From: Cyanophora paradoxa CCMP329
Taxonomy: Eukaryota > Plantae > Glaucophyta
Length of the DNA stretch: 64,000 nucleotides
Reading direction: 5' to 3'
Assembly (NCBI GenBank): GCA_004431415.1
Contig: QPMI01000250.1
Coordinates: 1-64,000 of the forward strand
Of this stretch, positions 13,976 through 27,914 are shown piece by piece. A model generated the notes under the pieces. That model saw only the letters and a list, made by a program, of their open reading frames with translations. It was not told the origin of the DNA and ran no database searches. Each line of letters begins with the position of its first letter. Positions within the stretch are counted from its first letter, which is position 1. The translations under genes were made by a program, and so were the position numbers.

Positions 13976-14096
13976 ACAGACCTAAGGGCCTCTATGACCG
14001 GTCGGAAGGGCACGTCACGTAGAACATTGATACATGTGCCGTGGTGTATCAATGCGACGTCCACTTTTGCAAAAACAAACAGACCTAAGGGCCTCT
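13976..14096 (+). mobile_element. 85-bp A-tailed retroposed fragment with 18-bp TSD
   Basis: ACAGACCTAAGGGCCTCT at 13976-13993 and 14079-14096 flanks an insert containing the hairpin CATTGATACA..TGTATCAATG and ending gcaaaaacaa. Confidence 0.6.
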
Positions 14097-14118
14097 CCTT
14101 TCCCAAAGGCCGACCCTG

Positions 14119-14168
14119 GAGAGAGAGAGAGAGAATGCAGTAGACACAACCCCTAAACCCTAACCCTT
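14119..14168 (-). repeat. (TC)n-tailed repeat 3' end abutting an interstitial telomeric tract
   Basis: (GA)n-AATGCAGTAGACACA matches 51384-51409 and 58228-58256, and is followed by CCCCTAAACCCTAACCCT. Confidence 0.65.
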
Positions 14169-14292
14169 GTGTCCATATGCTGGTTTTTTTCACTCTGTGG
14201 TCGCATTGCTCCTTCCTAGGGCCTCGAGCTCGTGGTGGAACGGCCGACCCTTCAGCGGGAGAAGGAAAGAACCACACGCATTCTACGGCATA

Positions 14293-15637
14293 TCACGACC
14301 AATACTTACCCAGAAACAGCTGCAACGTCTTCTTTGTTTCGGGAGGGCAGTTCTCTGGGCTGGAGATGATGGCATCCTTCAAAGCGTTCCATGCTGGACT
14401 TGGCATCTCGTTGCCAGCCTCTAGTGCCGCGATTTTCTTCACTGCCTGAATAATGCTTTCTTGTGCAAGCTGCACATTGTTCGTGAGGACTTGAATGACC
14501 TGAGGAACGGCTCTCAGTGTACAGCCGAGGAAGTCCCAAGAGAATAGTACGTCTTGCGCGCCTTCTCAACGGTCACGGGCTCCTCTGAAACGTGCCAGCA
14601 GTCGTAATCGGTGACATGGTTCATCACAGCGTAGGCAATTTCGGCCTCCCGTGCGAGCTGAGACACACACGGTTACAGCAAAAACACCACACACATGAAA
14701 AGAAAATGCTTGTACGAAAGCCTCTGGGCATGTTGTCATGTTGATGAGGTCGAGACCCCACTGCCTGAAAATATGGCTCTCCGCCTTCGTGCTGCATGTG
14801 GCGCGCTTAAAACCTTCCAACCAACGAGGCACCTGGGTAAGGAATGTGCACCTGAAGCGCGGGCCGTTGATGCATATCAGCTTTCCACCAACGTGAAGCC
14901 TGTATTTCAATCAACTCGAGAACTTCGAGTCATAATAGTATTCACAGACTTGCTGCCAGGCATCCCCTTGGCGCCTTTCTCGTAAGCAGTGCGCGTGGCC
15001 TCCTCCAGCACCTTGGACAGCACGGGGCAGAACGGGTCCGCGAGGCTGACATGGGCAACGACCCCGCTGCCGAAGAAAGAGGACACGCGGCCCTTCGTGT
15101 GGTCGAAAAGCCTGCATACGCAGGCATCAGTCCTCGCTCCGCACGCGAAGCACCGCACCGCGCGCTAAGCACTCGCACCCGGAGGGAATAACAATGTCCC
15201 CGGGCCTGTAATCCTCACGGAGGCTTCCTGCTCCGCTCGTCGCACGGGCGGTGCGAGGGGCAGGGCGCATCCACGCGATCGTACCACAAGCGCTGACGGA
15301 GATGATCCAGCGCACACCGAGCGACTTGAGCGCCCATATGTTGGCGCGCATAGGCACCTCGTCCGCTGCAAGTATCCGATCAGCCCGGCGCTAGGCGGCT
15401 GGCCCCGCCGAGCTAGTGCTGGATATCGGCCGGTGCGGGCGCACGAGTGAGCTTGTGGCCACGCGCGTGGCGCGGAAGGAAGGCAACATTAGTGCCCTCG
15501 AGCTTCCCGATCGTTATCTCGTCGCTGGGCCGGCCCCACGGCGTGTCGACGCTGACCTGCCGGACCTCCTGGAGCTGCTGCATGTGGTAGAGCCCGCTCC
15601 CGCCGATCACGGCAATCGGCACGCTTGATCCTGTCAT
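14293..15637 (-). CDS. MTAP: S-methyl-5'-thioadenosine phosphorylase, multi-exon
   Basis: [78 protein letters not shown]. Confidence 0.93.
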
Positions 15638-15826
15638 GGCTCTGGACTGTGAGCGAGAGCCTGAGCTCGGGCAGCAGTGCTGCCTTGTGGGGTACACAGG
15701 TCTTTGGGTGTCGAGTCGGACAGAGCCGACAGGTTCCGGCGCGGTCACAGCTAAAAGGCTAGGCTCGTGAAGCGGCTGCTTTAAGCTAGGCTTGGCCGCA
15801 CCCGCACCGTTCCGGCATCGCTCAAC

Positions 15827-16275
15827 ATGAATCCGCGAGTCCTCTCTTCATTCGACACGATGATGTCGGTGCGGCAGCCGTGCATCCTGCTAAAGTGCGC
15901 TCGCTCCGCCGCTGAGCGCGGACGCAGTCCTCCCTCCTGGAGGCAAAGCACCGTGTGCGCGCCCTCTACCGGCAGGCCCTGAAGGCGACGCCGGAGATCT
16001 GCCAGATGTATACCCTGGAAGTGGAGCCCCAGGTGCTTCGGCAGAGGATCGCCCACGAGTTCCGCAAGCACCCCTACACCGAGGAGGTCCACATCATCGA
16101 CATCCTCGCGGCGAAGGGCCGCCAGGAGCTGCAGGAGACTCTCGCTTTCTATAAGACGAAGTCGCACGTCTTGAGATACGCGACCGGGGCGCCTGAAGCG
16201 TCCGTGAAGCGCCTGGAGGTCAAAGAGAAGGGAGACGGCATGTCGCCTCTCCTCCGCGAGGTTCTCGGCGTGTAG
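15827..16275 (+). CDS. NDUFA6: LYR-motif complex I subunit B14/NDUFA6-like
   Basis: EAKHRVRALYRQALKATPEI..IAHEFRKH..IIDILAAKGRQELQETLAFYKTKSHVLRY, with one short intron. Confidence 0.82.
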
Positions 16276-16738
16276 GCCGTTCTTGAAGCTCTTCTGTTTT
16301 GTAGGCCCCGGCTTGTATGTATTCTCAGTGTCGACATAAACCAGCGACAGCGTCAGTCTACATTTCCACACTTGTAATTCGGACTTGTATTTTCTACAAT
16401 GCGGTTTCAACACTGCATCATGCACGGGGTTGGACTTTGATTTTGATTTGGTTGGACTTCGATTTACGGGCCCCGAGGGGAATTCGAACGACCGGGCCGA
16501 ATGGCAAGCTTAAGGGCTGCACCTGCCGAATTTCGAAGTGCATGTATACGAACGTTAACATGCATATGTACATGTACATGTGCACGTGCATGTGGCCACT
16601 AGTATACGTACTACTTCGAGTTCACCCAACTTGGCAATATTTAAGCATATATCATGTGTCAAATATAGCTAGATTATACTACGGAAACCCCAGTTCGAGC
16701 TATCCTTCGCCGTTTCGTCTCGGTGTTTGCGAATTCAT

Positions 16739-18326
16739 TTACAGCCTGACAAGATTGTGGCGGTGAATAACCATCTCAGGCCCGTGATAACCGAGCACCT
16801 CGAACGTGTCTTTGCTGTGCACCCCTTTGATTTTCTTGAGCTCATCTGAGCTGTAGTTGACGAGCCCTCGCGCAATTTCCTGACTAGAAGAGGCAGCACA
16901 GATCCGGACCTGCCAGCGAAAAACAAATCACTTCACAGCACAGAAGAAGTAGACCTTTAAGAAAGCTCTCACAGCAGTATTCGAAGTGAAATCGCCCTCT
17001 ACAGCGGTGATACCAGCTGCAAACAGTGACTTGCGTTTGTCCCTGATAGCCTCCACGGCCCCAGCATCCACAAACAACGTGCCGGATGGAACAAGACCTA
17101 TTCAGACCAATTAGAGAACCAGGCACGATACGAAAATTGAATCGAGTGCAAACCATGCACGATCCATCGTTTTTTGCCCGGGATGGGGTGAGACTTCGGA
17201 AGAAACACGGACCCAAGCTCCTTCTCGCCAGCCAACATCTTTGAGATGTTCCCTGGATGCCTGGCCAGCGTGATCACTGTCCGAACGCCAGCAGCCGTTG
17301 CGAGTGTTGCAGCAACCAGTTTCGTGGACATCCCACCAGTCCCCCACTGCGAGCCGGTAGAACCTCTGTGAACCAAAGCATCAAATACAGCCTGGACCCT
17401 TGGGAGTCAATCAATTACATCAATCCACTCACAATGACACGCGAAGCTCGTTCAGATCCGGAACCTCGTAGATCGGCTTCGCTCCCGGGTTGGACCTCGG
17501 ATCCGAGTCGTACAAGAATTGCACATCTGTCATGAGGAAGAGCCAGTCTGCATCTACAAGGCTGGCCACTAGAGCAGAGAGCGTGTCGTTGTCTCCAAAT
17601 CGAAGTTCCTGACCACCGGCTCTCAGCCTCCGCAGGATCAGATTGCAGATGAAAGAACCTCGATAGCAACAGTGTCGTTCTCGTTGACAATGGGGATGAC
17701 TCCCATGTTGAGAAGCTCATCGAAAGTATTCTTCGCGTTCATATAGCCCGTCCGCTCTCCCAAATTTTCCCTTGTGAGCAGGATCTTCGAGTTTGTCAGC
17801 GCCAAGGCATGCAGGAGTCACTACGCGCCGACAAGCGGTTGACCTGTGCGATCGGTTGATCCCAGATGCTGAACAGGTCGTCGTACACCCTCATGAGCCG
17901 CGACTGGCCCACGGCCGCTGGGTGCCCGCAATAAGTTCGGCGAAGTGCGCAACGCTGGCTCGAGCCGCACCCACGGCCTGCTTGCCCGCGAGCGTCTTGG
18001 GGCGCTCGCCAATGCGCAATCGCTGGCAGCCAATCCCTACGGCGCCGGAGGTGACAAGCACGACCTGGTAGTTCTGCGAGCCGCGTCATGGCGCGCGAGC
18101 TTCGATCGAAAGCCCGCACCTTCTGCCGCAGCGAGCAGAGCGTCTCTACAAGGCTCGACAGGGTCGACAGGGACAGGAAGCGCTGGCTCTCCTCCATAAT
18201 CGAGCTCGTGCCGATCTTTACGACCACGCGCACCGGGCGCGACGGCGCGCCGTTTTTCAGGGCGGAAACCGATGCTTGATCATCGCTGCTCGCCACCGTG
18301 CTCGTCTCATCTGTCGTCGCCGCCAT
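16739..18326 (-). CDS. proB: Glutamate 5-kinase with C-terminal PUA domain, multi-exon
   Basis: [49 protein letters not shown]-terminus [27 protein letters not shown]. Confidence 0.92.
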
Positions 18327-18729
18327 CGCACGCGACTCGAACGGTAGCTAGCACGTAGCTGGCGTAAGCTAGCTGGCGCGCCTCCGCAGGATCAGATCTA
18401 GATTCGCGGTACCCATTCAAGTTGATCAATCCGTGCTCCCGGAGTCCTGCGACACGAAAAAGCGAAACTTCGCCGTACTTTGGTGTCGACACATGATGCA
18501 TATGAATGCGAGCGGTTAGCCAGCTGCATCCCCCGAGCGGTTAGCCAGCTGCATCCCCAGCTGCATTCCCCCGGGCCCGGCCTGCATCCCCTTGTCTTGC
18601 CTAAGGGCGAGGGCCACACCTACCCACGATTGAACTGCCCGCCGTTCAACCGTTCCCCCCGAGGCCCGAATGGCCCTTCGAATTTCGATTTCGATGAGGT
18701 ACATGCATATGGTCTAGCTAGGAGCATAG

Positions 18730-20484
18730 CTACTGGGGAACCATGTTGCCGAGGGCCAGGGCGGTCACCAGGATGCCTGCCACAAGGAAGGGCTGGGAGC
18801 TGGCCTGCAAGGGTGTTCGATTTAGACGATGCGGTTGGCTGGAGAGGGGGAAAACCAACCTGGTACTTCACGTCGAACTGGACGGGATCTTTGAGGAGGT
18901 ACTTCTGCTGGAAGTAGATCTGCAGGACTGTCATCAAGCCAGTCGGAGCCAACTGATGGCCAACACACTTGGGGTGCGATGAGGCCAAGGAGGATACCAC
19001 CAGGGAGGTACGCCTGCTGGTAGAAGAGGTAGGCAGCGACTCCAAGCTGGAAGAAATCAATCATGCCAGCGCAAATCTGGGCTGCCCGCTCGATGCCAAA
19101 GACCACAGGCAAGCTCTGCAAGCCTGAGACGCACTTAGGTAGATGTGGAAAGAAACACGCACAACAAAATTGCATACCAAGCTTCCGATCACCCTCAACA
19201 CTCTTGAAATCATTCACAATGGCGATGCCAAGACCAGCCAGCGAATAAAACAGAGTCAGGACCACGACTTCCGGAGTGACCTCGCCGAACAGGCACTGTC
19301 CTGCCCACCACGGGAGAGCAATGTAGCTAGCACCAAGGGAATAGTTGCCAAGCCACTACCAGGCACGTTAGGGTGGCTGACGTATATGCAGGGACTTCGC
19401 GTACCCCATTCTGCTTGAGCTTGAAAGGTGGGGCAGAGTAGATGTACGCCAAGAAGGCACCGAGGGCATTGGTATACGTGAGGGAGCCAGGAAAACCGTG
19501 GCCAGCCCACAAGTCCAGACCAGCGGCGATTCCCACGCCAGCAGCCAAAAGGCCGAAAATTTGAGCATAAACCTGATCATTGAAATCAGGCGAGCACTTC
19601 GTGCCGGACAGAAAGTCATCTGACTTTACAGAACCGAGCTCGAGCACTCACGAACCTCGGGCACTGAGATGGCACCAGAAGGAATGGGGCGATAAGGCTC
19701 GTTGATGGCATCAATTTCGGCATCAAGGAGGTCGTTCAGGGTCTGGGTGTAACCTGCCATGATGGGTCCAGCAAGCAGCATACATGCAGATGAGGCCTGC
19801 GTACGATTTAGATCGATGCTGATGTAACATCGATGCTGGTGTAATATGGGGTAAGGATCTCGCTTACAGCAACGTTCTCAAAGGTCCACGTGAAGTGCCC
19901 GGACGCCGCGGCACCGCAGATAACACCCCAGATAAGAGGGATCCAAGTGACCGGTTTCATGAGCTGGAGACGGATCTTCCACTTGCTGGTCTCACCTGCA
20001 CCGTCATGATTAACATGAAACAGTTTCTGTGCACGTAGATTGAGCAAGTAGGCACCGGTCTTCGCCCCCTTCATGCCCAGAAGCTGCCGGGTCGTCTCAT
20101 CCGAAACGCCCACGTTGTCCGCCTGCACTATGCGTGAGAAGAAGCGCTTTGAGCGCGCCGACCACTCCTTTTTGAAGTGCAGTGAGCACCTCCTCTTGCG
20201 AAGCGACGATCCGAAAAGCAGGCGGCGCGCCAGCTACGTGTGCGGCATTCAAAGGAGGCTCAGAACGGCCGACCGCCTCGAGCGCACGTACCGCTTGCGA
20301 ACCGCCGGAACTGCGGAGCTGACGCCTCGAACGAGTGACGAGCGGCGCCAGAGCCCCAGCGGTTCGCAGGCAGGGACTGCGGGCGCTGCGGCTGGGCAGC
20401 GCACGCCGCCGGACGCGAGGCGACCACGGCCGGCGCACGCAGCGCCGTCAGCGGCGTGGCGGACGAGAAGAAGCAGTGCTGCAT
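18730..20484 (-). CDS. chlG: Chlorophyll synthase with plastid transit-peptide-like leader
   Basis: KWKIRLQLMKPVTWIPLIWGVICGAAASG, DAINEPYRPIPSG, YIYSAPPFKLKQNG, IAIVNDFKSVEGDRKLG, DVKYQASSQPFLV; leader MQHCFFSSATPLTALRAP. Confidence 0.94.
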
Positions 20485-20659
20485 TGTGGAGCCGCGCCGC
20501 AGCACTATATCTCCTGAATCCACTACCCCCGCTGAAGCTGGCCAAGCCCAGCTGTGTGTCGCCGAGTTCAGCGCTGGCCTTGCCAGCTGGTGCAGATCGC
20601 CTGCTGTTCGATCGCATCTCGATCGCAAGCCGCAAGAACGCCAGCTACGCGGCTGCAGC

Positions 20660-22594
20660 ATGTCGTCCGCGGCCTACGTCGTCGGGCCGCCCCCCAAGGC
20701 CTCCGCGGTCCATGCGCACATCAATGCGCTCGCGATCTCCGCCCGCTCGGCGCCCCAGCGCCGGCTAGAGCAGCCGTCCAACAAGGTGACCCTGCCGCGA
20801 CCCGCCGCCGCATCGACTCACGCGCGCGCAGCGACGTGAAATTCCGACTGCAGCGCGTGTGTTCTTCGCCGGCGACGTCGCTCTTCGTCGCCCTGCACAG
20901 TCTCTGGAGGCGGGGGTGGCTTTGGCGCGCTGCCAGGCTGGTGCTTCGCGCGATGAGGCCGAGCACGGCGAGGCGGAGTCTGAGCGAACGCTCGTCATAT
21001 CCACTGGTCGCGACCCCACCTCCGTGAGGGCGGTCAACCCGCCTGTTTGGCACGCGTCTACGATCACGTTCCCGAGCGTCGCGGCACTTCGAGCTGGAGA
21101 TAAGAACCCGTTCGACGGCCCCTACTACGGTCGCTGGGGCACGCCGACGACTTTCGCGGTAGAGGAGGTGGTCGCGAAGCTGGAAGGAGGCTACCGGGCG
21201 ATAGCGACATCTTCAGGAAACGCGGCGATGAGCACGACCCTCCTCTCTCTTCTCTCCGCGGGGGACCACATCCTTGTTTGCGACACGGTGTACGAGCCAA
21301 CTCGCAAATTTTGTTCTGACATTTTGGCCCGTTACGGTGTAAAGGTCCTCAATCTCCCAAGCCATCCGCATCGAGAAGAATTAAATCACCACCCAGGTCA
21401 CGTTTTTTGCGCCGAGCATTGGTGCCGGAATCGAGGAGTTGTTCGAGAATGAGACGAAGGTCGTGTTTCTGGAGGCTCCTGGGTCGCTGACATTCGAGGT
21501 TTCTCCAGCAATAAATCTTTTCAGGCTCTATCTCTGAGTCAGCGTCGTCAGATTCCCGATGTACCTGCCATATCCACAGTCGCTAAGAAGCATGGGGCTA
21601 CTGTGATCATGGACAACACCTGGGCAACTCCGCTCTTCTTCAAGGCGTTCGACCACGGAGTGGACATTTCGCTTCATGCAGCCACGAAATACCTCTGTGG
21701 ACATTCCGACGCCATGTCTGGCTTCATAGTTCTCAAGGAAGAGAAGCTGTATCGCTCGATCAAGGTGCACACCCACCAATTAAACGACCCGCGCTTTTCT
21801 CTCTCTCTCCTGTGTATCCACTGCTGCCACCAGGGCCAGTCGAGCAGGCTTGGCTGCTGCCCTGGGCCGGATGATTGCTACCTTGTCCTGCGAGGCATCC
21901 GCACTTTGCCTTCGAGAATGAAGGTCAGGACACGCCGGTCAGTGCTGTTGATCCCTCTCAATGTCCAGCTAGGTGCACGAGGAGAATGCGCTCGCCCTTG
22001 CCCGTTGGCTTCAGGTGCACTCTATTGTTCGAGGCGACGCACCGTGAGCTTAGCATGGTACAGGGCAGAGAGGAAGTAGAGGAAGTCTTGCATCCGGCAT
22101 TGGAATCCTTTCCAGGGTTCCAGATTTGGAAGCGGGATTTCAAGGGTTCATCGGGCCTGTTCAGCGTCGTTTTGAAGGCGAATTCGTCCTGTCATCTGCG
22201 TTGCGGCACTGAGATCATGCGCAGGAGAAATATAGCGAACTTGATTTAGAGGATATGGTGGATGGATTTAAGCACTTCAAAATCGGTTTTTCTTGGGGTG
22301 GCTTTGTACGCAACCCCGTCAAATGCTGCACATTTCGGTCATCACTCACAACAACTGCAGGAAAGCCTTGCTCTTCCATTCGACCCACGCCCTGTGCGGA
22401 CTGCAAGCCAGTGGAACCACCCAGGACCATGCGTCAGGTTCCATGCCGGTCTTGAGGTGCAGTCCCATTGAACAGAGCATTGTTTTTCTGGAACCGCAGC
22501 TTATGCTGTCCGTTAGGATGTCAACGACCTGATTCAGGATCTCGAAGTTGGTCTCCAGCGTTTGAATGATTCTTACCGCACACGATCATCTTAG
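20660..22594 (+). CDS. metC: Cystathionine beta-lyase (MetC type, PLP enzyme) with N-terminal extension
   Basis: VNPPVWHASTI, YGRWGTPT, MDNTWATPLFF, HAATKYLCGHSD (PLP Lys), RGIRTL, FKIGFSWGGFESL, RFHAGLED. Confidence 0.9.
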
Positions 22595-22995
22595 CATCTG
22601 GACAAGAATTAAATCGCTAAGTCCGGACTACCAAGTGTGGAATGTACACTGCTGCACCGTTCCCGCGGGCCCAGCTCACCAGCAAGCTGGCTGACCGGGC
22701 CCTGCATTGCCCTCTGAGGGGAGTAACGCACCTCCCCGTGGACACTAGCTACAGTTGCCTGCACGGCGAGTGGATCTCGCAAGTAGCTCGCGGGAGAGAG
22801 GATCCCAGAAACTCACATGTACATTGCAGACGTCGACACAGTCAGGAAATATAAACGTTCTTGACTTTCCTCGGGCACGAGAGAGGGGTGGCGCCCGGCA
22901 TTTGGACACGAATCAAAACCGCTAAGTCCGGACTACTAGTGTGTGATGTACACTGCGGCAGCCGTGGCCGCGGGCCCAGCCCACCGAGCTCACGC
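22594..22995 (+). repeat. Two copies (22594, 22898) of a dispersed ~90-bp repeat; further copies at 39541 and 41682
   Basis: Shared GCATYTGGACA..AAYCGCWAAGTCCGGRCT core. Confidence 0.6.
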
Positions 22996-23137
22996 TCAGC
23001 CAGCCGAGTGCTTTGGGCCCAGCCAAGCGGCAAGATGTTGCCGTGGGCCCATCCCAGTGGAGAAGAGATTGAGTTCTTTTCTTAGATTCGAGATTTCAAG
23101 TATAGGTAAGCAATAGCTTATCGAAATCAAACTTGAT

Positions 23138-25809
<2,672 letters not shown>

Positions 25810-26162
25810 GGTCCGTTGTACGCGGCGATCCGTGCGACGCCAAGCCTGAGCAACTCCCCGCCGGCGGTTGTGCACGCGCGGCGCCCCTCTCTCTCCGATT
25901 GAATGCGCGCTTCGTTTCCGGCCCGATCGACCTGCGCGCTTCGCTTCCGGGCTCGCTCTGGCTTCAAGTTTGAAGTATCGTACCCCTCGGGCGGGACCGC
26001 GGCCACAGGCGCCACCGCGCTGGCGCTTTTCAAGCTGGCGTTAATCGTCGAATCGTGTTAGGTCTATAGCTAGGGTGCAGCCAGGAGCGGTGCTGGAGCA
26101 GTCTTGGCCAGCGGCAGCGGAGCAGAACGACAAGCATTCCGAAGCGACCCTTCGAGCCCGGG

Positions 26163-27196
26163 ATGCTGCCGACAACAAATGCGCCGCTGGCGCCGAAGCC
26201 GAGCAAGTTCTCGGACTACCTGCTGCGCGTCTGGAAGTACACGCACATGGACTTCGACTATTCGACGTGGCAGATGTTGTATCTTTGCGTCGGACCATAC
26301 AAAGTGTAAGCTTTGCAGTTCTCAGTGCGCGGCGCGCGTGTTCCGACGCGCTGTGCAGGTACCGGACGACGAAGTACCATAAGCGTGCGCAGCAGGGGCG
26401 GTACGCGCCACCGCCGCGGGCTCACGCTGAATGCAGAAACGAAGAATCAGTGGGCGCGCGACGACCCCGCATTCGTCGTCATCTTGGTGTACTTCCTCAT
26501 GGTCGCATCCGTCGCGTACGCTGTGCTTTTCAAGCTCTCTGGCCTCCTCTCCTTCCTCCGCCTCATCTCTTGGACGATCCTTGTCGAGTTCATTGGCTTC
26601 GGCTCGCTCGTCGCCACGCTGACATGGTGGCTGTCCAACTCGTACCTCCGATCGCCGGCCCCCCACTCAGTCGAGCAGCACGTCGAGTGGCTTTACGCGT
26701 TTGACGTCCATTGCAATGCGTTTTTCCCCCTCTTCGTGCTGCTCTATGTCGTGCAGTTCCTCTTCATACACATCCTCGTTAGGCCAGACAACTTTCTCTC
26801 TGCCCTCCTCTCCAATATCCTCTACGTTATTGCCTTCTCCTACTACCACTACATTACTTTCCTTGGATTCTCTAGTGCGTTCCCGGTCCCCCCGCTCGTA
26901 CCTGGCACACACAAATCTGACTGAATCATTCAGTACTTCCGTTTTTGCACAACACGGTGATCTTCCTCTACCCCATTGGTGGTATTGCTGTGGCATTCCT
27001 CTTATCCATGGTCTTCGGTTTTAATGCGTACGTCGCCCTGCCGTACCCTTGCACTGCTGCTTGGGATGTAGCTTCGTTCTCTGATGCCATGTTTTTTCGT
27101 ATCAGCTGCCAGTTTGTTATGAGCGTGCGCCTCATCCTCAATCTAGGCTTTGTCTCTCTACATTTCTAACCTCACTTTCAGGTCTATTTTTCATGA
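26163..27196 (+). CDS. UNC50: UNC-50/GMH1 family Golgi membrane protein
   Basis: HMDFDYSTWQMLYLC, YHKQTKNQWARDDPAF, VEWLYAFDVHCNAFFP, YYHYITFLGF. Confidence 0.92.
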
Positions 27197-27914
27197 ATTA
27201 GGTCACCCAGTTCCTTCCACTTCAACTCCCCCCCCCCCCCCCCCCCCCCCCCCCCTTCAAGCACTCCACATCTCACTTGACAATACATTTGAAGTCCGAT
27301 TGCGAAGTCCGCGCGCAACAGGGTGGGCGGGTGGGAGTGAGAGCATGTCATGAAGTGCACTTGCTGCGGCAACTTCCTGTGGCCCCAGCCCACCGGCAAG
27401 CTGGCCAGCCGGGCCCTGCGTGGCCCCCTTACTGCAGTTAGGAGAGTAATGCACCTCAGATCTGGATCCGGATCATTGGATCCCCGCAGACACTTCAGCT
27501 AGCTAGCTACAGCTGCAGGTGCCCGAACGGCAAGTGTGGCATCGGGTCACGGGCCGGGTCGACATCTTGTGGCGGCAGGGGTCGACGTCGTCTCCGGGCG
27601 GTGGCGGGAGCCGGGCCGGCCGGGCCCTTGTGGGCTCTCAGGCCTAGGCTCTGGCCTCGCCTGGGGCGCGCCGGCCTCGAGAGGCCTTGCAAACTTTGCA
27701 TCGCGATCGAAAGCAGACCGTACGTGTCTGGAGCCGTGGCTGCTGCCCGTGGTGGGCTGGGCCCGCGGCAAAGGCGGCAGCAGTGTACTAGCACATCCCA
27801 CCCTTGAAGGCCGCCTCCAAATGCTTGCCTCCCCCTAATTCAACAGTATCTCTGATTTGGCAATGCATGGACACAATCTAAAAAACTGTGCTACAGAACA
27901 CAATTTGTGTATCA

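Noticed and set aside
14658-14721. GC donor in MTAP (TCPE|GC)
   Set aside because: A GT donor 6 nt downstream gives PEAFLAREAE, matching the conserved length
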